Positions 20,403 to 29,868 of a DNA stretch of 64,000 bases are shown piece after piece; the first letter of the stretch is position 1; the number at the start of each line of letters is the position of its first letter. Source of the DNA: Hyphomicrobiales bacterium (lineage in GTDB: Bacteria; Pseudomonadota; Alphaproteobacteria; Rhizobiales; Xanthobacteraceae). The stretch spans positions 4,337-68,336 of the forward strand of contig JBBRSX010000010.1 of NCBI GenBank assembly GCA_038244925.1, given 5' to 3'. The notes below the pieces were generated by a model. That model saw only the letters and a list, made by a program, of their open reading frames with translations. It was not told where the DNA came from and did no database searches. The translations under genes and the position numbers were made by a program.

Positions 20403-20480
20403 CCTGCGTCATGGCGGCTTGCGTTGCGGCGTGTCGAGGCACGCCGCAACTGATTTCATCGAGACAACATCGAGGAAGCC

Positions 20481-21305
20481 ATGAAGCTCGTCCACATGAG
20501 CGACATTCATCTGACGGCGCCGGGAAAAACCATCGGCGGCCGCGATCCCAGGCTCAATTTGGAGCGCGCGCTGACCGAGGTTCTCCGGGATCACCACGAC
20601 GCCGAATTGGTGGTCATCACCGGCGACCTGTCGGATTGGGGCGACCGCGACGACTATGAGTGGTTGAAGGCGCGTCTCGACCGGTTTCCGGTCCCGGTCC
20701 GGCTCTGTATCGGCAACCACGACCATCGTGCGACGTTTCTGAGCGTGTTTCCGGATTACAGCGGGCCGGGCGGTTTCGTTCACGGCGTGCACGACGTCGC
20801 CGCCGGGCGCTGCCTGTTCCTCGATACCGTGGAACCGGAAACCCATGCCGGCCGCTTCTGCGAGGTGCGGCAGCAATGGCTGGAACAGCGGCTGGCCGAA
20901 CATGCCGGACCGTTTCTACTTTTCATGCACCACAACCCGATGCCGACCCATCTGGAGCCGGTGGATCGCATTCGTTTGCTCGACGACGCGGCGTTCCGGA
21001 ACATTGTCGGCCGTCATCGCGAAAAAATTCGTCACGTCTTTTTCGGCCACTGCCATCTGCCGCTGGCGGGCTCCGTCGCCGGTGTGCCGGCCTCATCGCT
21101 GCGCGGCACCAACCACGCCAGCTATCCGGTGTTTGCGGAGAAGGAACTACTGAGCGCATCCGACCTGCCGGAAGCCTATGGCGTCGTGTTCTTCGGTGAG
21201 GATTACGTCACCGTGCACATGGTCGAGTTCGGTTATGCCGGTCCGATCCGGATCGAGGGGTCGCCCGACTACAAGGCGTGGGACCGGGAGACCATGGCGC
21301 GATGA
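20481..21305 (+). CDS. Metallophosphoesterase (GpdQ/CpdA-like phosphodiesterase) 1
   Basis: SDIH, TGDL, GNHD, HHNP, GHCH. Confidence 0.92.
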   Translation: MKLVHMSDIHLTAPGKTIGGRDPRLNLERALTEVLRDHHDAELVVITGDLSDWGDRDDYEWLKARLDRFPVPVRLCIGNHDHRATFLSVFPDYSGPGGFVHGVHDVAAGRCLFLDTVEPETHAGRFCEVRQQWLEQRLAEHAGPFLLFMHHNPMPTHLEPVDRIRLLDDAAFRNIVGRHREKIRHVFFGHCHLPLAGSVAGVPASSLRGTNHASYPVFAEKELLSASDLPEAYGVVFFGEDYVTVHMVEFGYAGPIRIEGSPDYKAWDRETMAR

Positions 21306-22126
21306 AATTCGTCATCCTCACCGATACCCATTTCGTCGCCCGCGGCCGCAAGCTCTACGGGCTGGATCCGGCCGAGCGGTTGACGGCGGCGGTTGACCGG
21401 ATCAACCGGGACCATCCGGAAATTTCTTTCGTGATCGTCACCGGTGATCTCGCCCATTGGGGCGAGGAGGCGGCTTACGAAAATCTTGCCTCGGTTCTCG
21501 CCCGGCTGAATGCCCCGACCATTCTGATGATGGGCAATCACGACAAGCGCGAAGCTTTCAGACGTTACTTTCCCGGCGGGTCGCGTGATCCATCCGGCTT
21601 CGTACAGAGCGTTCATGCGTTCGATGCTGCGACCATCGTGACCCTCGACACGCTGAACGAGTTGACGCCGGACCATGCCGGATTGCTGTGCGAGAAGCGG
21701 CTCGATTTCCTCGAACATGCACTGGCCTCCGCGCCGGCCAGCCGCCCGCTGCTGCTGTTTCAGCACCAACCGCCGTTCGACAGCGGCCTGCGTTACATGG
21801 ACACCATCAAGCTCGCCAATCCCGATGCCGAATGGGACGTGATCGCGCGCACGCGAAAGCCGGATTATCTGTTCATGGGCCATCTGCATCGGCCGATATC
21901 AGGCACCTGGCGCGGGATTCCGTTTCATATCCAGCGGGCTCTGTCGCATCAGGTCGCGTTCGACCTGCAAACGGCGGATCACATTCCAGGCTCGCATGAA
22001 TTGCCCGACTATTCGCACGTCACCGTCGGCGACGGGCAGGTCGTGATCCACCAATGCTCGTTCCTTTACGATGGTCCGCTGTTTTCGCTGCAGGATCGCG
22101 CGGCGATGGAATGGAGCAATCGATAG
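21302..22126 (+). CDS. Metallophosphoesterase (GpdQ/CpdA-like phosphodiesterase) 2
   Basis: TDTH, TGDL, GNHD, GHLH. Confidence 0.92.
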   Translation: MKFVILTDTHFVARGRKLYGLDPAERLTAAVDRINRDHPEISFVIVTGDLAHWGEEAAYENLASVLARLNAPTILMMGNHDKREAFRRYFPGGSRDPSGFVQSVHAFDAATIVTLDTLNELTPDHAGLLCEKRLDFLEHALASAPASRPLLLFQHQPPFDSGLRYMDTIKLANPDAEWDVIARTRKPDYLFMGHLHRPISGTWRGIPFHIQRALSHQVAFDLQTADHIPGSHELPDYSHVTVGDGQVVIHQCSFLYDGPLFSLQDRAAMEWSNR

Positions 22127-22310
22127 CACCGCGCGCGGCTCGCTACGGTTGCTGTGCGAGTCCCGCTTACCGCTTGGTAGAAATTCTGCTGTCGTATCAA
22201 GGCTGCGGATAACTGGCCGCGGTTGCTGGACGCTCACCCCCGCAACGCAATATTCTGCCTTCAACGATCGCGCAGAATAACAAAAAGCGTTGCGGTCCGA
22301 AGGCGTAGGC

Positions 22311-22778
22311 TTGAGCATACAGGTTGCCATTCTGAAGATCCTGGCTAGTCACGGCAACGGCCGAGCCACGCTTGCTTCACTCAAACGCGACATCATCGTC
22401 CTCACCGCCAGCGGTAACGATTGGGGCGCACGCCTCAAGCGGCTTGCGGCGCGGGTTCAGGCCATCGATATTTTCGGCAGCGGCTACGTGCTTCGTGACG
22501 ACGAGGGATGGGAGATCACGGCCCGGGGCCGGGACTTTCTGTACGCGCTCGAGGCCATCACCCAGGATAACCGGGCCCAGGATAACCGGACCACTGAAAT
22601 CGAGCCGTCGGTAGCTCCGGACTCCGAAGCCGCTGAACGCCCGCCGGGCGCGCTCATTGTCGTCGGTCACCGCTTCAGGAACCGGCCGCGACGCCGGAAG
22701 GGTAAGGCGTTGACGGGCCCGATCGCGTTCCCGGACGATGCCACCGCGCGCGAGGAAAGCGTCTCCAAGCACAAGTAG
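22311..22778 (+). CDS. Hypothetical protein, possible winged-helix N-terminus
   Basis: TTG start; SIQVAILKILAS...GWEITARGRDFL resembles the end of a wHTH. Confidence 0.6.
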   Translation: MSIQVAILKILASHGNGRATLASLKRDIIVLTASGNDWGARLKRLAARVQAIDIFGSGYVLRDDEGWEITARGRDFLYALEAITQDNRAQDNRTTEIEPSVAPDSEAAERPPGALIVVGHRFRNRPRRRKGKALTGPIAFPDDATAREESVSKHK

Positions 22779-23051
22779 CTATCGGGTCCGTCGGCGGCGA
22801 CGCAGAGAGCGCTTCGCGTATGCAGTTCGCGAGCGCGCGCAAGCTGGTTGAGCAGCGGATCGATTGCAGCTTTTAGGTAAATTCCGCACGGCGCAATCTG
22901 GGTGGACTTACGCGACCAATAATGGTGCCGATTTACCCGCGATTAATCCGCCGAAGATACGGTTAACGCGCGACCCGCCCCGGAATTCGCAGCGCAACCC
23001 TGGGTCGGCTTCTGCCAATGCCGGCCCATGATGGGCGACGAAGGAAATCGA

Positions 23052-24107
23052 ATGTCCTCCCGCACCAAGATGCAATCGACGGCCGCAGCCTTGCTTGGTT
23101 TCGTCGCTTTTCTCTCCACACCTGTGAGCGCCGCGGAAATCGTGTTGCGCTTCGGGTCGATCAACACCGAAAATACCGCGCCCTACGATCAGGTCCTGGT
23201 GCCGTTCGCGAAGGCGGTCGAAGAGGAATCCGGCGGGCGGATCGAAGTCGCGCTGAAGCCGATGGGTGGCTACGGCAAGCCGGCCGAGCTGTTCCCCATG
23301 GTCGAGAAGGGCACCATCGAGATGGCGGCCAGCGTGCAGGGCTATCATCCCGGCCGCTTCCCGCAGTCCTCCGTCATGGAACTGCCTTTCATGTTCCAGA
23401 ATTCGGTCGCGGGCACCGAAGCGATGATGTCGCTCTACAAGGAAGGCCTGCTCGACAAGGATTACGCCTCGGTGAAGGTGCTCGGCCTCTACGTGTTGCC
23501 GCCCTATCCGATCTTCACGACCGGCAAGAAGATCCAGTCGGTGAGGGATTTTCGCGGCCTGCGCATGCGCTCGCCCAGCATCACGGTCGGCGTGGCGCTG
23601 GCCAAGCTCGGCGCTGTTCCGCTCGGCATTCCCCTCAACATGATCGGCGATACCATCGCGAGCGGCTATGTCGACGCCATCGCCTATGGCTGGGACTCGA
23701 CCACGACGACCAAGGGCGCCGGCGACAAGAAACTCATCGACCAGCTCAAGGTCGTGGTCGATGCACAGCTCGCGGCACCGGCCCTGATGGTGGTCATGAA
23801 CCGCGCGACGTGGAACGGTCTGCCGGACGATCTCAAGAAGATCATCGAGAAGCACGGCACGAATCTCGCACTCGAAAGCGCGCGTATTCGCGAAGCGCAG
23901 GAAGTCATCAGCAAGAAGAAGGTGCAGGGCGATCCGCGGCTCACCTCGCTGGCCTTCAACGACGAGCAGCGCGCCGAATTGCTGCGGGTCACCGCGCCCG
24001 CCGTCGAGGAATGGAAAGCCAATATGGCCAAGCTCGGTATCGATGGCGAGCGCTTGTACAAGCGCGCGAAGGAGCTGATCCAGCAATACAAGGTTGCCGC
24101 CAAGTAG
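23052..24107 (+). CDS. TRAP transporter substrate-binding protein (DctP family), orphan
   Basis: Signal peptide, ESGGRIEV, ELPF, DFRGLRMR. Confidence 0.9.
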   Translation: MSSRTKMQSTAAALLGFVAFLSTPVSAAEIVLRFGSINTENTAPYDQVLVPFAKAVEEESGGRIEVALKPMGGYGKPAELFPMVEKGTIEMAASVQGYHPGRFPQSSVMELPFMFQNSVAGTEAMMSLYKEGLLDKDYASVKVLGLYVLPPYPIFTTGKKIQSVRDFRGLRMRSPSITVGVALAKLGAVPLGIPLNMIGDTIASGYVDAIAYGWDSTTTTKGAGDKKLIDQLKVVVDAQLAAPALMVVMNRATWNGLPDDLKKIIEKHGTNLALESARIREAQEVISKKKVQGDPRLTSLAFNDEQRAELLRVTAPAVEEWKANMAKLGIDGERLYKRAKELIQQYKVAAK

Positions 24108-24143
24108 AGATGATCCGGAAACGATCGTGCTCAAGCAACAAGA
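24105..24143. repeat. Internally deleted TAGAG(C)ATGATCCGGAAA-type palindromic element
   Basis: TAGAGATGATCCGGAAACGATCGTGCTCAAGCAACAAGA, related to the copy at 26299. Confidence 0.65.
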
Positions 24144-24177
24144 CAAGCTGCGCGCTCAAGAATTGAGGAATTAGACC

Positions 24178-26301
24178 GTGAAAACACGTCAACTCGGAAT
24201 CAGGGCCAAGCTCTTCTTCGCCTTTGCTGCGGTATCGGGCACCACCGTGATCGCCGGCGCCGCCGCCTGGCTGATGTTTTCGCAGGTGCGCGATCTCTTC
24301 CACGGGGTTGCCGGCCGCAATATTCCGGAAATCGTCGAGACCCTGGGCTTGCAGACCGATACCCAGGCGCTGGCCGGGTCCGCGCCGACCTTGCTGGCGG
24401 TGAAATCGCAAGCCCAGCGGCAACAGGAAATGACGGCGCTGAAGGCGCGCCAGGATGGAATTTCAAGGCGGCTCGACGATATCGCACGCACCCAATCCGA
24501 TCGGGTTGCGATCGACCGCCTGAAGACTCTGATCGCGGCAATGAACAGCAAGCTGGCCGCGCTCGATGGCGCGGTCGACGACCGTCTCAAGCTCAGCGCC
24601 CGTGGCGAAGAGATCGTGAAGATGGCGCAGGCAACCCAGACCAAGCTCAACGGCGTGCTGCTTCCCGCCGGCGAGAAGGCCCAGGCCGATATCACCATGG
24701 TCTCGATGACCATCGGCGGCGACGCCAAGCAATCGATGATGACGCTGCTCAAACTGGTCTCGACCCAGGTGCCGGTATCGCAAGGGTTCGCCGACCTCGT
24801 TGGCTTCGTCAACCTTGCTTCGAGCTTGCTGGACCGCGCGGCGGTAGCACCCGATGCCGACAGCGTCGCGGCACTGGAAAAGACTTTCAAGGCGATGGCG
24901 GCGCGGGTCGAGGAGAAGCTCGATATCGTCGATACGCTGCAACCGACCGACGGCCTGCGCAAGGCAGCGGAGGCCTGGCTGAAGCTCGGCTCCAGCGACA
25001 CGATTTTCGATGCGCGGCGCAAGGAAATCGCCGCGATCCAGCTCGGGCAGAAACTGCAGGGTGAAACCCGCGGCCTCACCGAGCAACTCGTCACGGAAGT
25101 CGCCGGTCAGGTCAAGGCCGTCACCAACAAGACCAAGGAAGCGACCGACCGTTCCGACGAGGCCATCGGCTTCGGAACGTTCGTGATGTTGATGATCGCG
25201 GCCGTCAGCGTCTTCGGCGCGGCGCTGTTCGTCTGGTTCTATATCGGTCGTAACCTGGTGGCGCGACTGGTCGGGCTGGAGAAGACCATGACGCGGCTCG
25301 CTGCGGGCGATCTCTCCGCCGAAGTTGCGGCTAAACGCGGTAACGACGAGATCGGCCAGATGGCGGAGGCGCTCTCGGTGTTCCGCCAGGGTATCGTCGA
25401 GGCCAACGCCGCCGCATCCCAGAAGGCCACCGAGCAGGAAGCCAAGCAGCGTCAATCCGCCATGCTCGACCAGCTGACGCGCGAATTCGGTGAAGGTGCG
25501 ACCAGCGCGCTGGCCGCGGTGTCGACCGCAGCCTCGCGCATGAAAGGCTCGGCCCAGAAGATGTCGCAGGTTGCCGCGCTGGCCAAGGAGCAGACCGGTA
25601 CCGTCGCGTCGGCATCCGCGCTGGCCGCCGAAAACGTCCAGACCGTGGCGGCGGCGACCGAGGAGCTTGCCAGTTCGATCAGCGAGATTTCGCGGCAGGT
25701 CGGCGAGTCCAGCCGGATCGCAGCACAAGCCGTCGAGCAGGTGGCCAAGAGCGAAGTCACGGTCACCGAACTCGCCAGTGCCGCCAACCGCATCGGCGAA
25801 GTGGTCGGCCTGATCAACACGATCGCGGCGCAGACCAACCTGCTGGCCTTGAACGCCACCATCGAAGCCGCCCGCGCCGGCGAGGCCGGAAAGGGCTTTG
25901 CGGTCGTTGCCTCCGAGGTCAAGAATCTGGCGACACAAACCGCGCGCGCCACCGAAGGCATCACCGCGCAGGTCACGGAGATTCAGGGCTCGACCCAGGA
26001 AGCGGTCGAGACCATCAAGGGCATCGGCGGAATCATCGCCAAGATGTCGGAGATCGCGACGACGGTCGCGGCAGCGGTCGAGGAGCAGGGCGCGGCTACG
26101 GCGGAAATCGCCCGCAACATCCAGCAGGCCGCGACCGGTACGCAGAACGTTTCCAACAACATCGTCGGTGTTTCCAGCGCGGCCAACCAGACCGGCGAGA
26201 CCGCGTCCGACGTTCTGCAATCGTCCGACGGCCTCGCCGCGGAATCGGAGGCGCTCAGCAACGAGGTCGGCCGCTTCCTGGCGCGCATCAAGGCTGCTTA
26301 G
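24178..26301 (+). CDS. Methyl-accepting chemotaxis protein
   Basis: Two TM helices around a large helical periplasmic domain, HAMP (DEIGQMA), [27 protein letters not shown]. Confidence 0.96.
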   Translation: MKTRQLGIRAKLFFAFAAVSGTTVIAGAAAWLMFSQVRDLFHGVAGRNIPEIVETLGLQTDTQALAGSAPTLLAVKSQAQRQQEMTALKARQDGISRRLDDIARTQSDRVAIDRLKTLIAAMNSKLAALDGAVDDRLKLSARGEEIVKMAQATQTKLNGVLLPAGEKAQADITMVSMTIGGDAKQSMMTLLKLVSTQVPVSQGFADLVGFVNLASSLLDRAAVAPDADSVAALEKTFKAMAARVEEKLDIVDTLQPTDGLRKAAEAWLKLGSSDTIFDARRKEIAAIQLGQKLQGETRGLTEQLVTEVAGQVKAVTNKTKEATDRSDEAIGFGTFVMLMIAAVSVFGAALFVWFYIGRNLVARLVGLEKTMTRLAAGDLSAEVAAKRGNDEIGQMAEALSVFRQGIVEANAAASQKATEQEAKQRQSAMLDQLTREFGEGATSALAAVSTAASRMKGSAQKMSQVAALAKEQTGTVASASALAAENVQTVAAATEELASSISEISRQVGESSRIAAQAVEQVAKSEVTVTELASAANRIGEVVGLINTIAAQTNLLALNATIEAARAGEAGKGFAVVASEVKNLATQTARATEGITAQVTEIQGSTQEAVETIKGIGGIIAKMSEIATTVAAAVEEQGAATAEIARNIQQAATGTQNVSNNIVGVSSAANQTGETASDVLQSSDGLAAESEALSNEVGRFLARIKAA

Positions 26302-26357
26302 AGCATCAACCGGAAAAGTGGGACCGGTTTTCCGATGAGTTGATGCTCAAACAAGAA
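26299..26357. repeat. Rhizobiales palindromic element (TAGAGCAT...CGGAAAAGTG...GGTTTTCCG...ATGCTCAAAC)
   Basis: GAGCATCAAC/GTTGATGCTC and CGGAAAA/TTTTCCG inverted repeats. Confidence 0.75.
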
Positions 26358-26361
26358 GTCC

Positions 26362-27003
26362 TTACGTCAGCAGAAGGGCCATCCCTGGATCGCCCTTCTC
26401 CATCGCCCGGCGGTAGGCGGGGCGTCCGCCGATACGCGCGAGATAGCTAACGATATTGGGACAACGGGCGAGATCGTAGGGCAGGAAATAGCGCATCGTG
26501 GTGAGTGAAAAACCCATCATGATGTCGGCCGAAGTGAACTCGCTGCCTGCCAGATAATCCGCCTCGCGTGCGCGGGCATCGACCAGATCGAAGCTGCTGT
26601 TGACCCGGGCCTTGATGGCGACGAGCACGGGATTGTCATCGGCCAGCTTCAGCCGGTTCAGGATCATGTTGCGCCCCATGTTGGCCTGCAGCGTGCCGTT
26701 GGCGAAGTGAAACCAGTACAGAAACGCCGCGAAGTCGGGATGATCTGACTTCAACGCGAGGCGACCATTGCCGTATTTCGCGATGATGTAGTCGACCACG
26801 GCGCCGGACTCCGCCAGCACCAGGTCGCCGTCGGTGATGACGGGCGCAGCGCCGATCGGATGCAGCGCCTTGTAGTCGGCGGGCGCCAGCATCGTCACGG
26901 GATCGCGCGCGTAGCGCTTCAGCTCGTAGGGGATCTCCAGCTCCTCGCAGAGCCAGACGATCCGCTCGGACTGCGATTTGCCGAGGTGATGGACGGTGAG
27001 CAT
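26362..27003 (-). CDS. Glutathione S-transferase family protein
   Basis: SQSERIVWLCEEL, HPIGAAPV, AESGA, FTSADIMM. Confidence 0.93.
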   Translation of the reverse strand: MLTVHHLGKSQSERIVWLCEELEIPYELKRYARDPVTMLAPADYKALHPIGAAPVITDGDLVLAESGAVVDYIIAKYGNGRLALKSDHPDFAAFLYWFHFANGTLQANMGRNMILNRLKLADDNPVLVAIKARVNSSFDLVDARAREADYLAGSEFTSADIMMGFSLTTMRYFLPYDLARCPNIVSYLARIGGRPAYRRAMEKGDPGMALLLT

Positions 27004-27081
27004 TCGAAACTCCCTTTTGCAGGTTCGCAAGTTGCCGTATATGGCGTGACCTGACAAAGCAAAACATGCCAGACTGACAAC

Positions 27082-27714
27082 ATGCGCATCACCCTCGTCC
27101 ACGCCCTGAAACATTCGATTCCGCCGATCGAGGCCTCGTTCGCCAAACTCTGGCCCGACGCCCGGCTGATGAACCTGATGGACGACAGCCTGTCCGCCGA
27201 TCTGGCGCGGGACGGCCGGCTCACGGACGCCATGACCGAGCGTTTCCTCGGACTCGGGCGTTACGCCGCCGGTACCGGTTCGGACGCCATCCTGTTCACC
27301 TGTTCCGCGTTCGGCCCCTGCATCGAAGCGGTCGCCCGCGCCCATGCGCCGATGCCGGTGCTGAAGCCCAACGAAGCCATGATCGAACTGGCCGCCGCCA
27401 AGGGCCGCAAGATCGGCCTGCTGTCGTCGTTCCCGCCGACGCTGGCGTCGATGCCACAGGAGTTTCCGTCCGGAATCGAGGTCGTGCCGAAACTGGTTGA
27501 GGGTGCCATGGCGGCGCTCGACCGCGGCGACCGCGCGACGCATGACCGCCTGGTGGTGGAAGCCTCCAGGGACCTGCGGGATTGCGACCTGATCGCGCTC
27601 GCCCAGTACAGCATGGCACCCTCAGCGGAACAGGTCGCCCAGGCAGCGGGCCGGCCGGTGCTGACCACGCCTGACAGCGCGGTGATGAAATTGAGGGAAA
27701 TGCTCGGCAGCTAG
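27082..27714 (+). CDS. Asp/Glu/hydantoin racemase family protein
   Basis: FTCSAFG, VLKPNEAM, LAQYSMA. Confidence 0.85.
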   Translation: MRITLVHALKHSIPPIEASFAKLWPDARLMNLMDDSLSADLARDGRLTDAMTERFLGLGRYAAGTGSDAILFTCSAFGPCIEAVARAHAPMPVLKPNEAMIELAAAKGRKIGLLSSFPPTLASMPQEFPSGIEVVPKLVEGAMAALDRGDRATHDRLVVEASRDLRDCDLIALAQYSMAPSAEQVAQAAGRPVLTTPDSAVMKLREMLGS

Positions 27715-27738
27715 ATTTGCGCCATTGAAGGGAGCGCG

Positions 27739-29007
27739 ATGACAACACGCTTCAGCCGCCGCGATACGTTGTTGCGAACGGCAGCCGTCGCCGCCGCGAG
27801 CCTGATCCCTGGCGACGTTGCTCCCAGCCTTGCCGCTCCGCTACGTGTGCCGCTTCGCGGCGGTGGAATCGACGCCATTTTGCAGGCGCGGGTCGATGCG
27901 GGCGACGCGCCGGGCGTCGTCGCGATGGCGGCGACGAAGGATTCCGTGGTCTATCAGGGCGCCTTCGGCGTGCGCGCGAAGGGGACGGCGACAAAAATGT
28001 CGGCCGATACGGTCTTCAGTATCGCGTCGATGACCAAGCTGCTGACCTCGGTTGCCGCCATGCAACTGGTCGAACAGGGCAAACTCAAGCTGGACGAACC
28101 GGCAGCCCGACTGGATCCGACACTCGAATCGCCTCAGGTGCTCGATGGCTTCGACGCGAAGGGCGCGCCGCAACTGCGGCCCGCGCGAAAGCCGATCACG
28201 CTGCGCCATCTGCTGACCCACACCTCCGGGTTCAGTTATCAATTGTGGGATGCGAATGTCGTTCGTTACGGCAAGGTCGCGCGCAACGATCCGGCGCTGC
28301 CCCGCACGCCGCTGATATCGGATCCTGGCGCCAGATGGGCCTATGGCGGCAGTCTCGACCGGGTCGGGCGCCTCGTGGAAATCGTCAGCGGGCAAACGCT
28401 GGATCGCTATTTCAGCGAAAATATTCTTGATCCGCTCGGGATGCACGACACCGGCTACGCGCTGTTCGACGGGCAGCGCGCGCGTCAGGCGAACCTGCAT
28501 GTGCGCAAACCGGACGGGACGCTGGTCGCGCGGCCTTTGGTGAAACAGGCTGAGCCGAAGGAATTTTCAGGTGGCGGAGGTATCAAGTCGACCGCGGCGG
28601 ATTACCTGACATTGCTGCAGGCGATCTTGAATGGTGGCGGGCTTCCTGGAAAAAGGATTCTCCGGCCGCAGACGGTAGAGCTGATGTCCACCAATCAGAT
28701 CGGCGATATCGGCGCGGGAATCCTCAAGACGACAAATCCGGGACTATCCAGCGACGTCGATTTCTTTCCGGGCGTCCGCCTCCGTTGGGGGCTGGCCGGC
28801 ATGATCAACATCGATCCCGTGCCGGGAGGCCGCAGCGCGGGCAGCCAGACATGGGCCGGGCTCTACAATACCTATTACTGGATCGACCCGGCATCGCGGA
28901 TCGCCGGCGTTATCATGATGCAGATACTGCCATTCGCCGACAAGCGCGCGCTTGGCGTTTATCGCCAGTTCGAGCGCGGCATCTACCATGCCACCAGGAA
29001 GGCCTGA
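27739..29007 (+). CDS. Serine hydrolase (beta-lactamase class C/esterase family) with Tat signal
   Basis: SRRDTL, SMTK (SxxK), LLTHTSG, WAGLYNTYYW. Confidence 0.92.
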   Translation: MTTRFSRRDTLLRTAAVAAASLIPGDVAPSLAAPLRVPLRGGGIDAILQARVDAGDAPGVVAMAATKDSVVYQGAFGVRAKGTATKMSADTVFSIASMTKLLTSVAAMQLVEQGKLKLDEPAARLDPTLESPQVLDGFDAKGAPQLRPARKPITLRHLLTHTSGFSYQLWDANVVRYGKVARNDPALPRTPLISDPGARWAYGGSLDRVGRLVEIVSGQTLDRYFSENILDPLGMHDTGYALFDGQRARQANLHVRKPDGTLVARPLVKQAEPKEFSGGGGIKSTAADYLTLLQAILNGGGLPGKRILRPQTVELMSTNQIGDIGAGILKTTNPGLSSDVDFFPGVRLRWGLAGMINIDPVPGGRSAGSQTWAGLYNTYYWIDPASRIAGVIMMQILPFADKRALGVYRQFERGIYHATRKA

Positions 29008-29037
29008 AAGCCCGGCCGCGGAAGCAAGACGGACGCT

Positions 29038-29370
29038 TCAGGCGCCCTTCTTCTTGGCGGCCTTTTTCGCCGGCTTCTTGCTCGCCGATTTCTTGGCGGC
29101 CAAAGCCGCCTCTTCCTCGGCGTTCCGGATCGCCCTTGCGTAGCTGTCCGCGGTGTTTTCCGCCGAGATTTGCAATCGCTTGGCGGCAGCAGCGCCGAGC
29201 TCCATCGTGCTCTTGGCGATCATCCGGAACTGATCCCGGGCTTCCCTGGTCTTGGCCTTGGCGGCGCGGGCCATGATCTGGTCGCGCCGCTTCTTGGCGG
29301 CGGCCATCAGGCTCTTGTTTTGCGCCTTTGCGATTTGCCGGATGACGGCGTCGAGATCGGCTTCAGCCAT
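29038..29370 (-). CDS. Basic Ala/Lys-rich hypothetical protein
   Basis: Clean ORF with host codon usage and a histone-like C-tail. Confidence 0.75.
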   Translation of the reverse strand: MAEADLDAVIRQIAKAQNKSLMAAAKKRRDQIMARAAKAKTREARDQFRMIAKSTMELGAAAAKRLQISAENTADSYARAIRNAEEEAALAAKKSASKKPAKKAAKKKGA

Positions 29371-29414
29371 TACAGGTCACTCTTACCGTGCCATCCGCTG
29401 GGTGCGGAGGTCAT

Positions 29415-29491
29415 TGGCGCACCCGACACGATTCGAACGTGTGACCTTTGCCTTCGGAGGGCAACGCTCTATCCAGCTGAGCTACGGGTGC
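29415..29491 (-). tRNA. tRNA-Arg(CCG)
   Basis: GCACCCGTAGCTCAGCTGGATAGAGCGTTGCC-CTCCGAA-GGCAAAGGTCACACGTTCGAATCGTGTCGGGTGCGCCA: 77-nt cloverleaf, anticodon CCG, encoded CCA. Confidence 0.97.
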
Positions 29492-29534
29492 AACAGGGCT
29501 TCATTTAGCCGATTGGCCCGGCAGGGGCAACGGC
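29452..29534 (-). repeat. att repeat (left): tRNA 5' half plus promoter copy
   Basis: CTTCGGAGGGCAACG...GGTGCAACAGGG...GGCAACGGC, repeated at 62196. Confidence 0.9.
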
Positions 29535-29584
29535 CTTACGGGGGACTGGGGTAGGCTCGACTGGAGCCAGCGAGGCCCTCTTTC

Positions 29585-29700
29585 AGGCAAAGTTCACACG
29601 TTCGAATCGTGCCGGGTGCGCCCTGAAAACGCGTGCCGAGGGCGCCGGGATTGTGGCGCGGCGCAAATCCGCTGCCTTGAAAGCGATTTTACCGCGACGC
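29585..29700 (+). repeat. Inverted tRNA-Arg 3' half (36/38 nt) plus arm B
   Basis: AGGCAAAGTTCACACGTTCGAATCGTGCCGGGTGCGCC followed by GAAAACGCGTGCCGAGGGCGCCGGGATTGTGGCGCGG. Confidence 0.85.
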
Positions 29701-29868
29701 CGACCAAAAGACGACGCGCGGATCAACCTCGCCGGGACTTCCAAGCAGCCGCAATGCGCGCCCCAAGGTCCAGAGATGGGATGAAAGGAGTGCCCGTGCC
29801 GCGCAGCGGGCATACAACGTGTGCCTACAATCGAGGTGCGCCTAAAATCGAGCCGACACCACGCGAAG

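Noticed and set aside
26362-27543. 393-aa extended GST
   Set aside because: The extension is antisense to the racemase gene; GST starts at 27003.
29585-29622. Second tRNA gene (also 33991-34013 and 62196-62235)
   Set aside because: These are half-molecules that cannot form a cloverleaf; treated as att scars.
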